Shown here: positions 1 to 14,098 of the stretch, piece by piece | Layout of the letters: each line of letters begins with the position of its first letter | How positions within the stretch are numbered: the stretch's first letter is position 1 | DNA from: Balanoglossus misakiensis | Taxonomy: Eukaryota > Animalia > Hemichordata | Reading direction: 5' to 3' | DNA length: 64,000 bases | NCBI GenBank assembly: GCA_040954595.2 | Contig: CM082581.2 | Coordinates: forward strand, 3,526,699 to 3,590,698 | The notes under the pieces: generated by a model | Told to the model about the DNA's origin: nothing | The model's database searches: none | Seen by the model: only the letters and a program-made list of their open reading frames with translations | Made by a program: the position numbers and the translations under genes

Positions 1-454
1 AGCTTTTGCCTTGCTGTCACACTGAATTGTAAAACATTTCATAGTTGCAGATACAAAGAGATTTTCAATTTTTCAATGGCACTATTCAATTTTACAGGTA
101 TAGGAATTAAAATATAGTCGTAAGCATACCCGGGCACAACAGTCCAGAGCAACAGCAAGTATTAGAGAAAATGACAAAATTTCTCAGAAAATGAACAAAT
201 CAAGAAAGTCCACAAGGTACATGCACACCAATTCTCAAAGCATTTTTTGTAAAGTTTTGACTATTTTTGCATTTTTTCAGCACAATTGCATTGTTTTGCT
301 TTTGAACATAAAGCCACCTACAGTCCAGCATACATCTATACACACCAAATACTGAGGTAGTGAGTGCAGCCATGTAAGTTTTTGCACTGGACGGACTTAC
401 ATACTTAATATAGACACACACAGCCAATCAGAGCGCTGGAGTCAGACCTAACAT

Positions 455-836
455 CAGTGTTCGAAATTCATAGGAAATATCAACCAGTCACCAGGACTGG
501 CAACTTCAAAAAGTTGCCAGTCCTGCCAAAAACTTACCAGTCCTGATTATACCTTACAATTAAATGTAATCAAATACAACTGAGAAGGTATTACCTCATC
601 TTTGAACAATTGAAGATGGGATGGAATCATCTTCCAGTTTCTCTTTACATTACTTAGATCATTGTTTCTTTTATTTGCAATACATGAACTGAGGAAAGTC
701 TAAAAGATGCCATGATACCACTGGTTAACTCCCACGTTAAAATCAACCTGTCTGTCGGACTGGTAACATTTTATTTTTACCAGTCCTGAAAAACAACCAG
801 TCTCGGACTGTCGGACAGGCTTTATTTCGTACACTG
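455..836. mobile_element. Non-autonomous hAT-like DNA transposon (MITE)
   Basis: Termini CAGTGTTCGAAAT...ATTTCGTACACTG. CTAACAT flanks both sides (448-454, 837-843). Repeated subterminal ACCAGTC/GACTGG motifs. Confidence 0.7.
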
Positions 837-885
837 CTAACATATAATTACTGGTAAAACAGTTACAATGACAACTCATTCTTAA

Positions 886-1173
886 AGTGCAGCGGTCGTC
901 GTGCTGCGCTTACGCACTGAGTCTGTTTTTGTTTTGATAAACATTACAATTTACCCACAAATTCCTGCGATTAGATAATTTTTAGAACGGACCAAGAGGC
1001 CCATGCACTGTAGCATAGTCACCATTAAAGATGAAATTGTATGTTGGTGAAACTCGCTGAACTATCATCCGTTGCTGCCATTATTACTTTGCAGAGATCA
1101 GTGAGGCATTCTGGGACATATTCTCATAGGGGGACACCAACACATGCAAGTGCAGCGTGACGACCGCTTCACT
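886..1173. mobile_element. Kolobok-like MITE
   Basis: TTAA on both flanks (882-885, 1174-1177). ~30-bp TIR AGTGCAGCGGTCGTC.../...GACGACCGCTTCACT. Confidence 0.75.
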
Positions 1174-2045
1174 TTAAGGTCATACAGATCTGATAAACCT
1201 AATGTAATAGTTTCATTGTTGACTGACTTTCAAAGATAATCAAATTTGTTAGAAATGCATATCAAGTTCAAAATTATGTTGCCTTTACTGATGCAAAGCC
1301 AAATTCAAGGTGAATTAAAATAAACCTTGTCTTACATTTACAATAATTAAATTGAGAAAACAACCAAATCTATTCAGTCTATTATTACCAACTGACCAAC
1401 TCTTGGAGCAGGCTCTTTGTTTCAAGCCTATTGTCTAATTGCTATTGACTTGTAAACAAGTATTTAGCATGAATTATCTTTTTTTCATCAAATGAACGAG
1501 TGATTTCTATTTCATCTTATGAAGAAGATTATTTTCCTGGAAAGCTCATTCCACAAGGTAATATCCGCTTGCTTCCAAAGTTTTTCTGTACAAAAATCAA
1601 AAATGCATTCAGTTGTACTTCACTATGTCAGCTAGTAGTAAACTAAACTAGGGTATCAAATGCAAGTGTAGTTTGCTCAACCTTTCCAAAGTCTGATTAC
1701 AATTTAAAAATCTTGTTGTGCCTTATATTTGACAGTTACTTCACTTTTAACTACCATAATTAGGCTAATGCTATCTAGGTGAGTAAAATGAACTGTAGAT
1801 ACAATAAGCTGGCAGATTTCTGATATACCTACGTCAGAATTGTTATTGTCCGACTTGTTGTAGTCAAATATGCAAGTCAACTTCAATTTTGGTCATACTG
1901 ACATTTTTATGTATTAAACTACACAGACCATAGCCACACAAAATTCCTTAATAAAAGCTGATTTATCACTTTTTAATTCATCACTCGATCATGATCGAAT
2001 TATAATAATCTGCTTGACCTTTCAGACGCAGAAAAAAACATTTAA

Positions 2046-2130
2046 CCCTTTCACCACCATGGTTCAGTCAAAACCCATTGTTTTCTATGGTAAAGTTGGA
2101 CTTCTATGGAGGGAACTGGGGGTGAAAGGG
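2046..2130. mobile_element. piggyBac-like MITE
   Basis: TTAA-CCCTTTCACC...GGTGAAAGGG-TTAA. Confidence 0.75.
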
Positions 2131-5100
2131 TTAAAGTAGTGAGATTTACAGTAAGTAGCAAATTAACAATATAACATGACAAATGATATGTATATTGTAT
2201 TTTGGCTTCTGTACATCATTATACTTGTAGTTATCAAAATAGTTCTGCGTAAACCGAGATTATAATGATTGACTAAAATGCCATTGTTCCTGCAATTGAC
2301 CAGAACCACAGACAGAGCAGTGGTAGCTTCTTCATGTCACCATTTACTGCCATGGTCATCATCCAATCAGGAGCCTTTTTAAGTCACATTTTCGGTCTTT
2401 TCTTTCACACACAGATATGTTGGACTTTCTGATTGGCTGCAACACTCCAGAAGTATGTCTAATAAGAATTTGACATTGTAACACTGGAAAACACCTGGAA
2501 AATAAAAATAAAAATACATGTAAGTGCAAAAGCAAGATGAAAATGCCAACTGCAAAGCTGATATTTCTACTACCAATGGAACCTGGTGTGTGAATATTAG
2601 ACTTCACGAATGTATGAAGGGGAGTGTCAGAGTAAACCTAATTTTTTTCCAACAAATTAATTTGACTTCAGAGAATATTTATCATGAAAATATGACAAAA
2701 TTTGTCAAGGGATATGTCGATATGTGAAATAGATGTTGCACATGGCAACCAGTAGGACAGCATACTATGAAAGTGTTGACTTTGCTTTTGATTGACAACT
2801 AAATACTTGTTCACCGGTTTGTCAAGTGTCTCTGTCATATTATTAGAGCCTAACACAGGGAGAGTACAAATTATTTGCCATAAACAATGATAAGAGTCTA
2901 TAAGTATAATAAAATTATATTTCCTCATCAATCTTCCTACCCAGACATTTTCTTAATGTAATGGGTATAGACATATTGACAATGGCCACATTGTGTGCAA
3001 CGTGATCTCGTCTACCCTAGAGTCAACAAACAAGACAGTTACATCACACCTGAATAATACCACCTTGCTTTAAGGCATGTAAAATTTGCTGAGTAACTGT
3101 TGACAAATGATCGAGAGACACATCTGAAATTTTTACTGAGCTTCATTCACAATATGGATAACTGTTACTTATGAAAATGATGAATCATACATGTACCTAT
3201 TTTTATTAATTATTACACGTTTAGAGGTTTAAAGAATTATATATTATGTATAGGTGCTTTGATACTGGTATCGAATTTCATGGGTTATTGTAGATCAGAA
3301 ACTTAATAGACACATGCAGGCAAAGTCTTGCATATGCCTGCAGCTAGTGCTCATCAACAGATAAAGATCATGCTACATCATAGCCATCATTCGAACATGT
3401 GAATTTTAATTCTGGTTCTTGCAATTTTGACTTTGGACGAACCGCTGGGCATTGTTTGCTCATAGTTTTCATGGATAATCCGGCAGAAATTATACTCTTG
3501 TTTGTCCAGAACATTGCATGCATTCTCAGTTTGCAGTTTTGATCGGTATTGAAACTGCAGATACTGTCAAACACGAAGGCCAGTGTTTGAATTAGAATTT
3601 TTTAATTAAAATATTGACCTGTTGGAGCTCGTTGAGTCGTAGTCAACTCATCAGCCTTTTATACTGTGCGCTGACGGAAATTGACATTTACACAGACAGT
3701 CAAATAGTGAATAAACAATAAAATTCTATCTTAACCATACCCAATTTTCAGCACATAAACTCAAATTACAGTGAAACAATCTAATAAGCGCGTATACATA
3801 TTCCTCCCTTTCTTAGAGACTATAAAGGTGGACAGCCAGTACCTCCCGAGAGACACTTACAGACAGCATCTTCTAAATTAGAAGTGCAATTATGATAATT
3901 AAGTCATCTGAAAATATGGCAATCACATGACATTCCTGTATACAATGTTACTTCCAACATTCCGATGCAGACCAGCGAAAATGGGAATCATTTTTTTAAA
4001 GGAACATGGATCTCAAATACAATTTTACCGATGAAATAATATAACACGCTCATCTCATATTTTCCTCCTTTTCTTGGAGGCAAAGGTGGACAGAGCTGGA
4101 AGTGAGGGGGTTATATAATTTCACTTTTGTTCTCATTTGGTAAACGTTGTGAGATTGATTGAAAAGAAAGTATACAAAGTTCAGGAATACAATTTAAAAA
4201 TGTTTGTAATAAAATTAATTGCGGTGAATTTATTGGGTATTAAGAAACTGGAAAGCCTAGATAAATTCTACAAATCTACGCATATGGGTTGTCAGCACTA
4301 ACACGCAGCAAATTGCAGCAATTGGCTCTCTTTGAACACATTAGATTAGGATGCAAAGTGAATTTATTGGCAAGGGAAGATAATTGCTTCTTTAAAGTGG
4401 TTCCACATCACAACCCATCAAAATCAATGTGCTCATAACCTTTCTCGTGGGTTTGTTGGCACTATATGAGTCGTGCCAAGTGTTCACGCACAGTAATGAG
4501 ATTTGGATGAAGGAAGTTCGATTAAATGATGAAGTTAAACTGAAAACCTTTTAGAAATGGCAAATCGCCCCTTTACTTGGAATTGCACTATAAGTATTGG
4601 CCCATTTCTTACATAAAGCCTTTTGTGATCATTTGTCTTCACAGGCTGAAAGTAACAGCAGAAATTCTCACTACTGCAAATACCCAAAGCAAGTATCCTG
4701 TCGCAATATTTCCAGTCGGTATATGAGTCCACTTTGTCAAATCCCTGAGTGACACATTCAACATGTCAAAACATTCTGGAGTTCTGATCACAGCCCAGTG
4801 TGGGGAGGGAGAGAAGTCACAAAGATTTAATATAAACTAAAATTCCAAAGAGGATATTTCATTAATTTGTACCACCTAAGAACTCCAATGTCTCTGAGGT
4901 ATTGATGATTTGCACTGCTAGCTGGTGCTTAGTTACCATTGATATCCTGAAAAGATGTACTAAACAATACAAGGGAAAAAACTGTATGCGTGCTTTCTTG
5001 GTGGTTGATATAGGCTTTATAACATTAAGTAATTTTAGTTTATTTTCTAAAGATCAGTCATATCACCAGTAATCATACGTATCATTTAAATAAATGCTTC

Positions 5101-5224
5101 AATCATTGAACTGACCTACCTCTTGGCGATCTCTCCTACCCTACTTATTGATTTGCGGAAGTGTTATGCTGTAGGGCCATCATGAAACTATCAATACTAC
5201 CATTGAAAATACTTATGCAATATA

Positions 5225-5404
5225 CTGTAAAACGGGAAATATTCGCGACAAGTGATTTTTGTGGTATCAACAGAGGTGACTAATTCACGATGATAATTTA
5301 TCTCTGAATAACATTCTATTGTACACATTGTTCTTTTGCGACTATTAATTATTGGGTTTTGGCTCTCAAAAATGTTTCATTCACGAACATTTCCCGTTTT
5401 ACAG
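5225..5404. mobile_element. Tc1/mariner-type MITE (CTGTAAAA family)
   Basis: TA-CTGTAAAACGGGAAAT...ATTTCCCGTTTTACAG-TA. Related copies at 6273, 44845 and ~57395. Confidence 0.75.
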
Positions 5405-6064
5405 TATGCTCAAGAACATTATAATGTACAAAAGTCTGACGAGTGAAAGCACACATACGCTCTGTTGAAGTCTTAATATGCCGTAGGGCCGTATCATAAA
5501 ACTATCAATACTACCATTGAAAATACTCATATGCTCAAGAAAATTATAATGTATAAAAGTCTGAGGGGGTGAAAATACACATACAGTCAATAGTGCGCCA
5601 TTCAAAAATAATTTTGCCAGTAAAGTCTGAGATAAATTTATGTCTGAACCTCAACCAATCAAAATCAGCTTGTATTTCTTGACACAAACCACTTATGCCT
5701 GTGTTTGATCAAAATGCAAATAACGAACAAAAGGAATCTTAAAGTAAACATGTATGATGACATATTGTGTGGAAAGTGGCATAGAGGCTATTTGATGTGG
5801 GTTAATTCATTTCTTCTGACTATTATATTTATTAGTGCTAATTACTCGTATAAAGAACAAACAAATGAAAAGTTGTCACTAGCAACCTCTTAGAAGGTTG
5901 TTTTATCCATTAATTACTCTACCTCACATTATACCATTCTATTCACAGCTCAATATGCTATTGATTGTTGTACACTTTATAAGCATACCTGTAATAGCCT
6001 GTCTCAGACAATTCATCTCATATTTTATTGTTCTATTTCTCTAAAGTTCTAGTATCTAGAGACT

Positions 6065-6221
6065 AATAGAATCTCACGCGCCCAAGGACTTGGGATGAGA
6101 TCTCTCACACGAGGTTTTTTTGTTGTTGTCCCAAACAAGCTGCAGGTGAGAGTGGGACAAAATATCTTTGACAAGCGTGAGAAATATGACTCCCAGGTCC
6201 TTGGTGTGTGAGATTCTAGTT
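6065..6221. mobile_element. Small foldback element/MITE
   Basis: Inverted repeat TAGAATCTCACGCGCCCAAGGACTTGGGA / TCCCAGGTCCTTGGTGTGTGAGATTCTA. Confidence 0.6.
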
Positions 6222-6272
6222 CTCACACGACAACAAATTAGCCAAATTTGCATTCAGACACATTAATAAATA

Positions 6273-6463
6273 CTGTAAAATGGTAAATTTTCGCGATAGC
6301 AAATTTTTGCAATATCCAAAGCAGTAATTTATTTTTGCGTTCTCATATTCTCTGCATCGTTATCACCGAAAAACATTTTTATGCGACTTTTTATTTTCGT
6401 GTTTTTGTGCCTCTCGTGTAGTTCGCGAAAATTTATTGTTTTCGAAAATTTCCTATTTTACAG
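6273..6463. mobile_element. Tc1/mariner-type MITE (CTGTAAAA family)
   Basis: TA-CTGTAAAA...TTTTACAG-TA. Interior homologous to 44845-45053. Confidence 0.75.
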
Positions 6464-9400
6464 TAATTGACACATGTATGCATGCTTTGATGCAAGTGAA
6501 CTGAGTTCTAGAGCCAAGCTTCTGCATCAGAGCTAACATATACCATACATGTATCTGCACTTTTCTTGATCAGTATATCTGTCACGGAGTCAACAATATT
6601 TGTCAAATTGGGTGTGAAGAAGCATTAAGCTAGAGTGTAGTCTTCCTGTCTACTGATGGTTTCCCAGGCAACAGATGAAACCCACTGCACGATGATTGTC
6701 ACATTAGCATGACTCCAAAAAAGAACAAATTGCTCATCATTTTCCAGTTATTACCTGGCTACACTGAAAGGAGTCTCATTAAGAAAATGTAAATTATGAA
6801 ACCTTACAATATAGACTAGTCGTTGAATTTCCAATTGCAGTCGACATTGTAAAGCTTCAACCAGATTTTACAAAATGGCTGTTCCTAATCCATACACAAG
6901 TTGTGGAGACTGTTGTAAATGATTGGCGATGATGCCACATACATACTGATGTACACTTGCTTGAGTTAGGGGCTGTAAAATAATTTTGTAGGACTTCAAA
7001 CAACATTTTATTTCATCCGGGGGGGGGGGGGGGGAGTGGAGAGGGGTGTTTGCAGTCAATTTTACTGTCACACCTATTTCGTATTGGGATTTTTTTAGCG
7101 TACATGTAAAATAAAAACAAAAAACTGAACCAGGGAATTTCATAATCTGTAGTGTTTAACTCAATTGTTGAGAATACTAAGGGCATATTATTGAAAGGTA
7201 TCATTAACGTATCACACTTTCATTAAGGAGGGCACATTAGGTTTCTGTCCAACAAGTAAAAAATAATGTATGTTGATCTAACCCAACAATCTCAGATGGT
7301 CCCTATATAACCTTACTTTAACTTGAGTTTGGCAGAAAACATGGAATGTGTGTTTTAAATATTGGTAATTTTAGATTATATATGATACAAATATGGCAGA
7401 CAATAGCTCACATGGAAATTGAAGGTAATGATGAGTAGAGATGTGAATCAATTAAAGATCAAATTTCATGGTTTTCTTATTATTGTTCTTACTGCTCTTT
7501 TATGTTTTTAAATTCAGGTCAGCATTTTCAAATAACTTGGCAATATTTCACCATCAATCATTTATAAAGTGTGAAGTGACATTTTTCATCTAAAAGGCTA
7601 CATGTAAATAGCAATACCTGAAAATCTGAAGAAGTGAGAAATATCACACCATAAGTTTAGGTCTACTTGTACATTTGTATTAAGCTGCTTTCTCAATTTT
7701 TTTCTCAGTTTATGATTCAAACAGCACTGAGTTTACTACACATACATAAGGAACTTCATTTTTGTTTCATTGGTAAATGTGATACGATAAGACTCTCTCA
7801 TGCACCCACAGGTTGCATGATGGCACGCAACCCCCCCCCACCCCTTTTTTAAGTTCAAAAAGTGACAGAAATGTCAAAACATTGTGTTTTATAACACTGA
7901 ATTTCAAGATCAGCAAACTCAACAGTCAAAACAGGAGTTGATAGCAGCAAGATACTGAACCAAATTTAATATACACAACAAATAACTAACCTTGAACCAC
8001 TTTATTTTTTATTCATAAAGGCCAACCTTGTTCTGCAGTGACATGTTGATGGTGAATTTAATAATAATAGCTTTTATACAAATGAACTGACAGCAGGTAG
8101 GAAACACTAGTAATGAAATTGTCCTTCAAGTTGCAGTATTTTTAGAAGGTCAGATTTTCTTCTCCACAAAAGCACAGTAGGAGCAGTGTCAAAACAGTGC
8201 AAAGAAATCAAAGTCTGATCGATGTCTTTGTGGGCGACAAAATTAAGGAAGTGTCCTTTATTGTACAAAACCTTCCACTGAATCGTCAACCTTTACTTGT
8301 TAAACTTAATTCATTCACTTGTTGAGGTCATTACATCCTGCACCTGGCATTCCTGTTTTCTTCAATATTTAAAACTGTAAAGCTTATTAAATGTAGGGTA
8401 ATTTTGCTCACACAATGAATGTATCGCTATGCAATTTAATTTTTATTATCAGAGCATGGACAAAACCTCTATACCTATATATTTTGTGGCTACCGTAAAC
8501 CATGAACACTATTACAATTTAGAGAAAGCATCTGTCTGTGTGTATTCAAGACTTTATTACTATGGAATTTACAAAATTATAAGCAGGAATTTACTTCTTA
8601 TTTGGGAGAATTCAGTGGAAGTCTGACACTGTGTGTTATGTATATATTAAGATATTGATTTCTTACCACGCAAAGACACAATTGATATATTGACATAAAT
8701 ACCATTTCAATGTTTACTCAAGTGTCTCTACTTAGGATTTCTACTGTCAGCCTTACACAAGGAGCTGAAAGCACCTTAGCTTGCATTTGCCATTGCTGGC
8801 AATGGCACATGTACATGTATATATTCCGACAATCCTGGTTTATTGTGGTCTACAATTACATTGTATTAAGTTATACGCATTTTTGTGGTTAGGACGTATA
8901 ATGATTTTAATAGTGAATGGATTTAGGAAAATGAACAGCAAATTAGCCAGTGATAATGACTCCACTTTTGCACTGTTAAAACAAATTAACAAATTTGGTG
9001 AATTCCCAAGTGTGCCTGGGTCACCCCTAAGAGCCTGTATACCAATTTTAAAGCAATCAAACAGTTTCAGGAAAGATTTTTTTGACCGAAAATGGCATAA
9101 GCCTTCCCCTCCCCCATATAAAAATAAGCAAGTTTCACCACAATTTGCATAAATCTGACTATATGGTCACTGTGCTTTTCACTCTACATAGCCATTCTGT
9201 GGGTTTTGTTTTGTTTTTCACTGGAATACAAGTCTTCAAAAACTTAATATCCAGTAAATGCTTAAGATGACCTATGTGAGCTATCAAACCGTAAATTCTA
9301 CTTTCTATTGCAGGTCACCACCACCACCACAAGTACTATGAGTCAAGATGTCAATTTCAGACATGAGTGACAAGTCCGAGCTTCACCCAAGTAACCCTGA

Positions 9401-10197
9401 TGCTTTGCAATTCCACTGGCCTGTCTCCTGAAGAGATGTTATGCTTCTTGAAAAAAAAGACTTCCTACAGTTTCACCTTCACCACCCCGAACCTAAATGA
9501 TAACCAACAAATAATGATAACCTTGCTGAAATGATGAATTGTTTTGGTTTAAAAAAACATCTAAAATATCTGTCAAAATTTCGCTGTCAACATCTCCTTC
9601 ATACAGAGGCCCTGACAATTCTACCTGTGCATGTACCTGTGAACAACAACTGTGGAATCTATTCACAGTCTTTCAATGCACCACCTTTACAATGTACACA
9701 AAGCACTCAGTGACATACAGCATTCTCATTGAAACTGTCAACTTGATGACAATAAGTGAGGAATCCAGCACCACAGTAGAATCCCAGGGTGTAACACAAG
9801 CCAAGGTGTCAGAAACATTTACATCTATGTGTGTGCATGCGCATTGACAGGGGAGTAAAGAAACCATCAAAACCAATAACCTCACATCATCAGCTTAGAA
9901 CACAACGATGTGACGTTTCCACCTGTACACAATTAATCTACAACTCAGATAGAAAAAAATCTTGATTGGTCTACTCTTGTACATCGACTAATTATAAAGA
10001 AATGGAAATGGCACAATAAACGTATACACTCTGTACCAGCAGTGGGCTGACGACAGTGTGGATTTTGATGAAGGACCAAGTTTCAAGTCTGTGTGAAATA
10101 ATGCGGCCTGACATCTATAAACCAAACAAAATTGCATCTGATTTCATGATTACAGATCCAGATTTCATGTTTTAAAAATAAGCAAAAGAGAAAATAT

Positions 10198-10523
10198 GAT
10201 AGCTTTTAATCCTCTCCCCATTTAATATCCCTGTATATCAGCCAGCCATATAACATTTCAGTAAAGTTTCATAAACCCCCCACCTCATATTGGCAACATT
10301 TAAATCACCTATAGTTTTCCTTCATAAGCAATTTCTCATTTTAACAAAACAGTTAATCAATTCAATATTACATAACTGTGTTTACATATTGATAACCATA
10401 CCAGTGTATTTTATTTAAGTATTGAACAAATTAAATTATCAAACATGTCATGAAACTGAACTGAAATGTTATATGGCTGACTGATATACAGGGATACTAA
10501 AGGGGGAGAGGATTGAAAGCTAT
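10198..10523. mobile_element. MITE with ~75-bp terminal inverted repeats
   Basis: TAGCTTTTAATCCTCTCCCC...TATCCCTGTATATCAGCCAGCCATATAACATTTCAG is mirrored at ~10453-10523. Confidence 0.65.
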
Positions 10524-11033
10524 TTTCTTTTTTGATTATTTATCATTTGTTGTCTGCATATATTAATGTTTACAAAAAGATATTCCGCAAGAGCTGGTAT
10601 ACTGGGTACTTTTTACAAGTGGAATATTTTCTAGTATTCATACATGTACCTCCAGAAATCTGAGCTTGGGTTATCCTTTCCATGAACTTCATAACATTCA
10701 AGTCCCATTATATACAGGCAAGTGATTAGTTGATTCACTGTAGCAATTCACTGTAACCAAGCTGAATATGATTTGCTACATTTTGCTACAATGTCAGCTA
10801 TTGTTTCCCTATGTACATGTATATATTGGGATTTAGTGTGTGAATATTCCAGGAATGTATTAAAACTGACAAGACAACCTGATATTGATCAGTTTGAGGC
10901 CAAACAAATTCTAAGGACCCTAATCATGTTAATGAAACCATGATTATAAGTGTGTATGAAGTTACAACTAAATTTGATCAAGCATCTACTGAGTATTTTG
11001 GACTCACCTTCTATTGCACATCACAGTACAAGT

Positions 11034-12530
11034 TCAAAACTTGGGTGTTTTGTACTTGGTTTTCCTTGGAGTTGTTGGAGTTTTCCTCTCGATATTAATC
11101 TCACTTTTGGAAAGTACACTCTTTGTCTGCATCCTTTCCGTCTCGGATCCATCAAAGCTTTGTCGGGGAAGGTGGTATCCACGACCACCCATACTGCCCT
11201 CCAGATCTCCAGTAAGGCCAAGCTCAGCGGTCCGTGTTGATGTCATGGTACTGTCGTAGCCCGTGCTGCTGCCTTTGGAACCATAAATATCCGCATTAAA
11301 ACAATCCCTCTCTTCCCTGACGACGTCGTTTTCTTCATAATTGTTCCCTATCTGTAAGCGTAGGCCATTTGCAGTTGCAAACAGTACTGGCACTTGATAG
11401 CCAAAGTGTTTCTTCTCTGCAACAGGTGGGGAACTCGAATCGACGTGAATCACGGTTTTCTTTTGAATAATGTGCACAGGTGTGTTATTTCGGGGACTGG
11501 TGATGGTACCTATTGCAGCATCCTTGTTGCACGTTAACAGACATTTCAGATCTTCGCGGAATTCAGTGCGCATGAAAAATGTGAGAAAAGGCACTGAACA
11601 AGAAAAAGCTAGTTTCATCCATGTAAATGTTGTCTCCATGTCACTGGAGTATCGAAGATTGAAATTAATGTCTGCGGATTCAATGAGCGGGACATTCTGA
11701 TATTGTCCAACGGCGTTCATCATTAAATATGGTCCGTAGAAAATGCACCACAAAAATTGCAAAATCCCTGTAAATTTAGCTGACCTGATCTCCTCCCAGA
11801 GAGGAGCTTCTTCCAAGAGGTCATTTGCATAATGTTGAGTGTTCAATGCCCGCACACGAAGTTTCTCCTTCACGCCCACTCTGATGATGACAATGTACAC
11901 AACCATAACAAAAAGCAAAGGTAGGACAAAACAAGTGACAGACGTGAAAACCAAATAAACTAACGTTGTCCCGTTTGCAACGCCACAAAGAAATCTTGAG
12001 CTGAAATACTGCGAATCGATGCCTTTGACGAGCAGCGGGAATGCAAAAACCGTGGCCTGGATCCAAGTCGCGCAAATCAACAGATTAGTCCTGAGACGGG
12101 AAAATTGTTCCGGGTATTTTTGGGGTGACTTTGCAGCGACAAGGCGGTCCATGGTCAAAAGCGTGAGTCCTAACATCACTTCGATATCCACGATCTGGAT
12201 GAAAAAGGCGTTATATCTGCACATGAACTCTCCCATTGGCCAATAACCTGCTATACTCGATCCCAGTATCAGCGGCATGTTGAGGACCGCATCGCACACG
12301 AAGACACAGCAGACGTTCAACAGGAACAAATTCATCGTGTACTGCTTGAGACGATCGCTTGTGCCGATCGTCATCACTACTCCCACGTTGCCCACCAGGG
12401 AGAGAACGATGAACACCAGGAGAAAGAACGCTCTGAAACCGGCCGATGTCGCTGCTGTTGTCCCGTTGAACGAAGTCGTTGCCTCTGTCGAGTTGACCGC
12501 CATCACATTCAATTGCGTGTTTACGTCCAT
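11034..12530 (-). CDS. Intronless rhodopsin-family (class A) orphan GPCR, ~498 aa
   Basis: Seven hydrophobic segments. TM1 GN, ECL1 W-P-x-G-x3-C, TM3 end DRL, TM4 W and P, ECL2 Cys, TM5 FVLP, N-terminal glycosylation sites NST and NGT. First ATG at 12530 (the ORF track starts at an upstream GTG). Confidence 0.93.
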   Translation of the reverse strand: MDVNTQLNVMAVNSTEATTSFNGTTAATSAGFRAFFLLVFIVLSLVGNVGVVMTIGTSDRLKQYTMNLFLLNVCCVFVCDAVLNMPLILGSSIAGYWPMGEFMCRYNAFFIQIVDIEVMLGLTLLTMDRLVAAKSPQKYPEQFSRLRTNLLICATWIQATVFAFPLLVKGIDSQYFSSRFLCGVANGTTLVYLVFTSVTCFVLPLLFVMVVYIVIIRVGVKEKLRVRALNTQHYANDLLEEAPLWEEIRSAKFTGILQFLWCIFYGPYLMMNAVGQYQNVPLIESADINFNLRYSSDMETTFTWMKLAFSCSVPFLTFFMRTEFREDLKCLLTCNKDAAIGTITSPRNNTPVHIIQKKTVIHVDSSSPPVAEKKHFGYQVPVLFATANGLRLQIGNNYEENDVVREERDCFNADIYGSKGSSTGYDSTMTSTRTAELGLTGDLEGSMGGRGYHLPRQSFDGSETERMQTKSVLSKSEINIERKTPTTPRKTKYKTPKF

Positions 12531-13004
12531 CGTGTTTGTCTTCACACGTTCGACGCGACGTGCCACTTCCACCGTGTGGGCGTCCCGCTTTCACTTCAGA
12601 GCGCTTGGACGATGTCAGGTTTGAAACATGTTTTTTTCACTGTCCCGGTAACAATCTGCAGCTTTACTTCATGTAAGGACGGAATAACCTAGTCGTACCG
12701 GTTGGACGTAAATTAAATTTAATAAAAGATGATGTCGTCGCACGTCGTCGAAAAACCAGCTTCGAGGTTCATAACATGCCTACGTCACGATCCACTTCTT
12801 GCAAGAAAATAGAGCTGATTAGCATAACAATAGTTTCATATGATAATAGCTACATTTTGCATATATCTTCAGCCAATGATGTTGTTAGAAGTTCCGTATG
12901 GCAAATCGAACGTCGAAAAACATTTTGGGAATATTTTTTTTTTCAATAGCGACCACAGGGAACTCAGGCTCATAGTTGTGGTAAAATGAATAAAAACATA
13001 GTTT

Positions 13005-13161
13005 TATTATTATTATTATGAATAAAAAATGGAAAAAAATATTAATAATAATAATAATAATTATTATTATTATGAAAAATAGTATTATTGTTATTGTGAT
13101 CTATTTTGTGATAAAATTGGGAAAACATTAATTATTATTATTAATAATAAAAAAAATTAAA

Positions 13162-13204
<43 letters not shown>
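13005..13204. repeat. (ATT/AAT)n low-complexity microsatellite region
   Basis: Several ATT and AAT runs, longest at ~13163-13204. Confidence 0.9.
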
Positions 13205-13509
13205 GTAGTAGTTCATGTTATATATCATGTGTTAAAATCCAACATACCTATCCATTCTGTCTTCTCCCTAACACTGGCTACTGCACTGGCCGACCTACCC
13301 GTTATATACTCTCCTTATATACACACAAGGGATCCAACTGATTTTCACTCGCCAAAAAAACACCAAGTCAACATCGGAATCGCTAAATTTCGACATGGGC
13401 CAACTTACAGTAGTCATACTCGACAATCCTGATCCGTACTGTACCTCATATCGTAGATAAAGCTGGAAAATCCACAGTTTTCACGATGTATTTTGCCATT
13501 GCTTGCAAC

Positions 13510-14098
13510 CACAGGCACGCAAGACGATAGCTTCGCGATGGTCGCGATGCGGCTTCAGTACCCGTAATATAAAGAGAAGGTACGCAACGCCAGGCGGCGA
13601 TTTTGCTGCAAAAATTTCATTAAAACCAAAAGAATAAGTTTGAGTAACTACTAAATAACAACAAATAAATGCAAGAGTTATATTTACCAGTGATTGTAGG
13701 CGGTCATCTTTCGGAATCAGGAGCCAGGGCACGATTAGTTGACCTCTAACCTCAGTGACCGCGGCCATACTTACATCGACAATGTCTATTTTTGAAAGTG
13801 TCGCTCAAACCCCGCTTGAAACCTCCACATTTCGAGCAGTTTGCCTTTAAATTTAGCTTTTTTTTGCTATGGATCACAAAACATATACTTGTTAGCTTCT
13901 ACCCGCCGCATTTCGGTAAGTTTTAATGAAATTTTTAAAGCGAAATCGCCGCTTGAACATTGTGCTCTCGTCAGTATCCTGGCCTGTCCTGGCCTGGCGT
14001 TGCGTATCTTCTCTTTATATTACGGGTACTGAAGCCGCATCGCGACCATAGCGATGCGATCGCGACCATCGCGAAAGCGATCGTCTTGCGCGCCTGTG
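13510..14098. mobile_element. Non-autonomous DNA transposon with CA...TG ends and 8-bp TSD (P- or hAT-like)
   Basis: TSD CTTGCAAC at 13502-13509 and 14099-14106. TIR of over 100 bp, CACAGGCACGCAAGACGAT... / ...ATCGTCTTGCGCGCCTGTG. Confidence 0.85.

Noticed and set aside
2379-2494. Minus-strand acceptor followed by a short open frame (possible terminal exon)
   Set aside because: No recognisable homology and no partner exon found.
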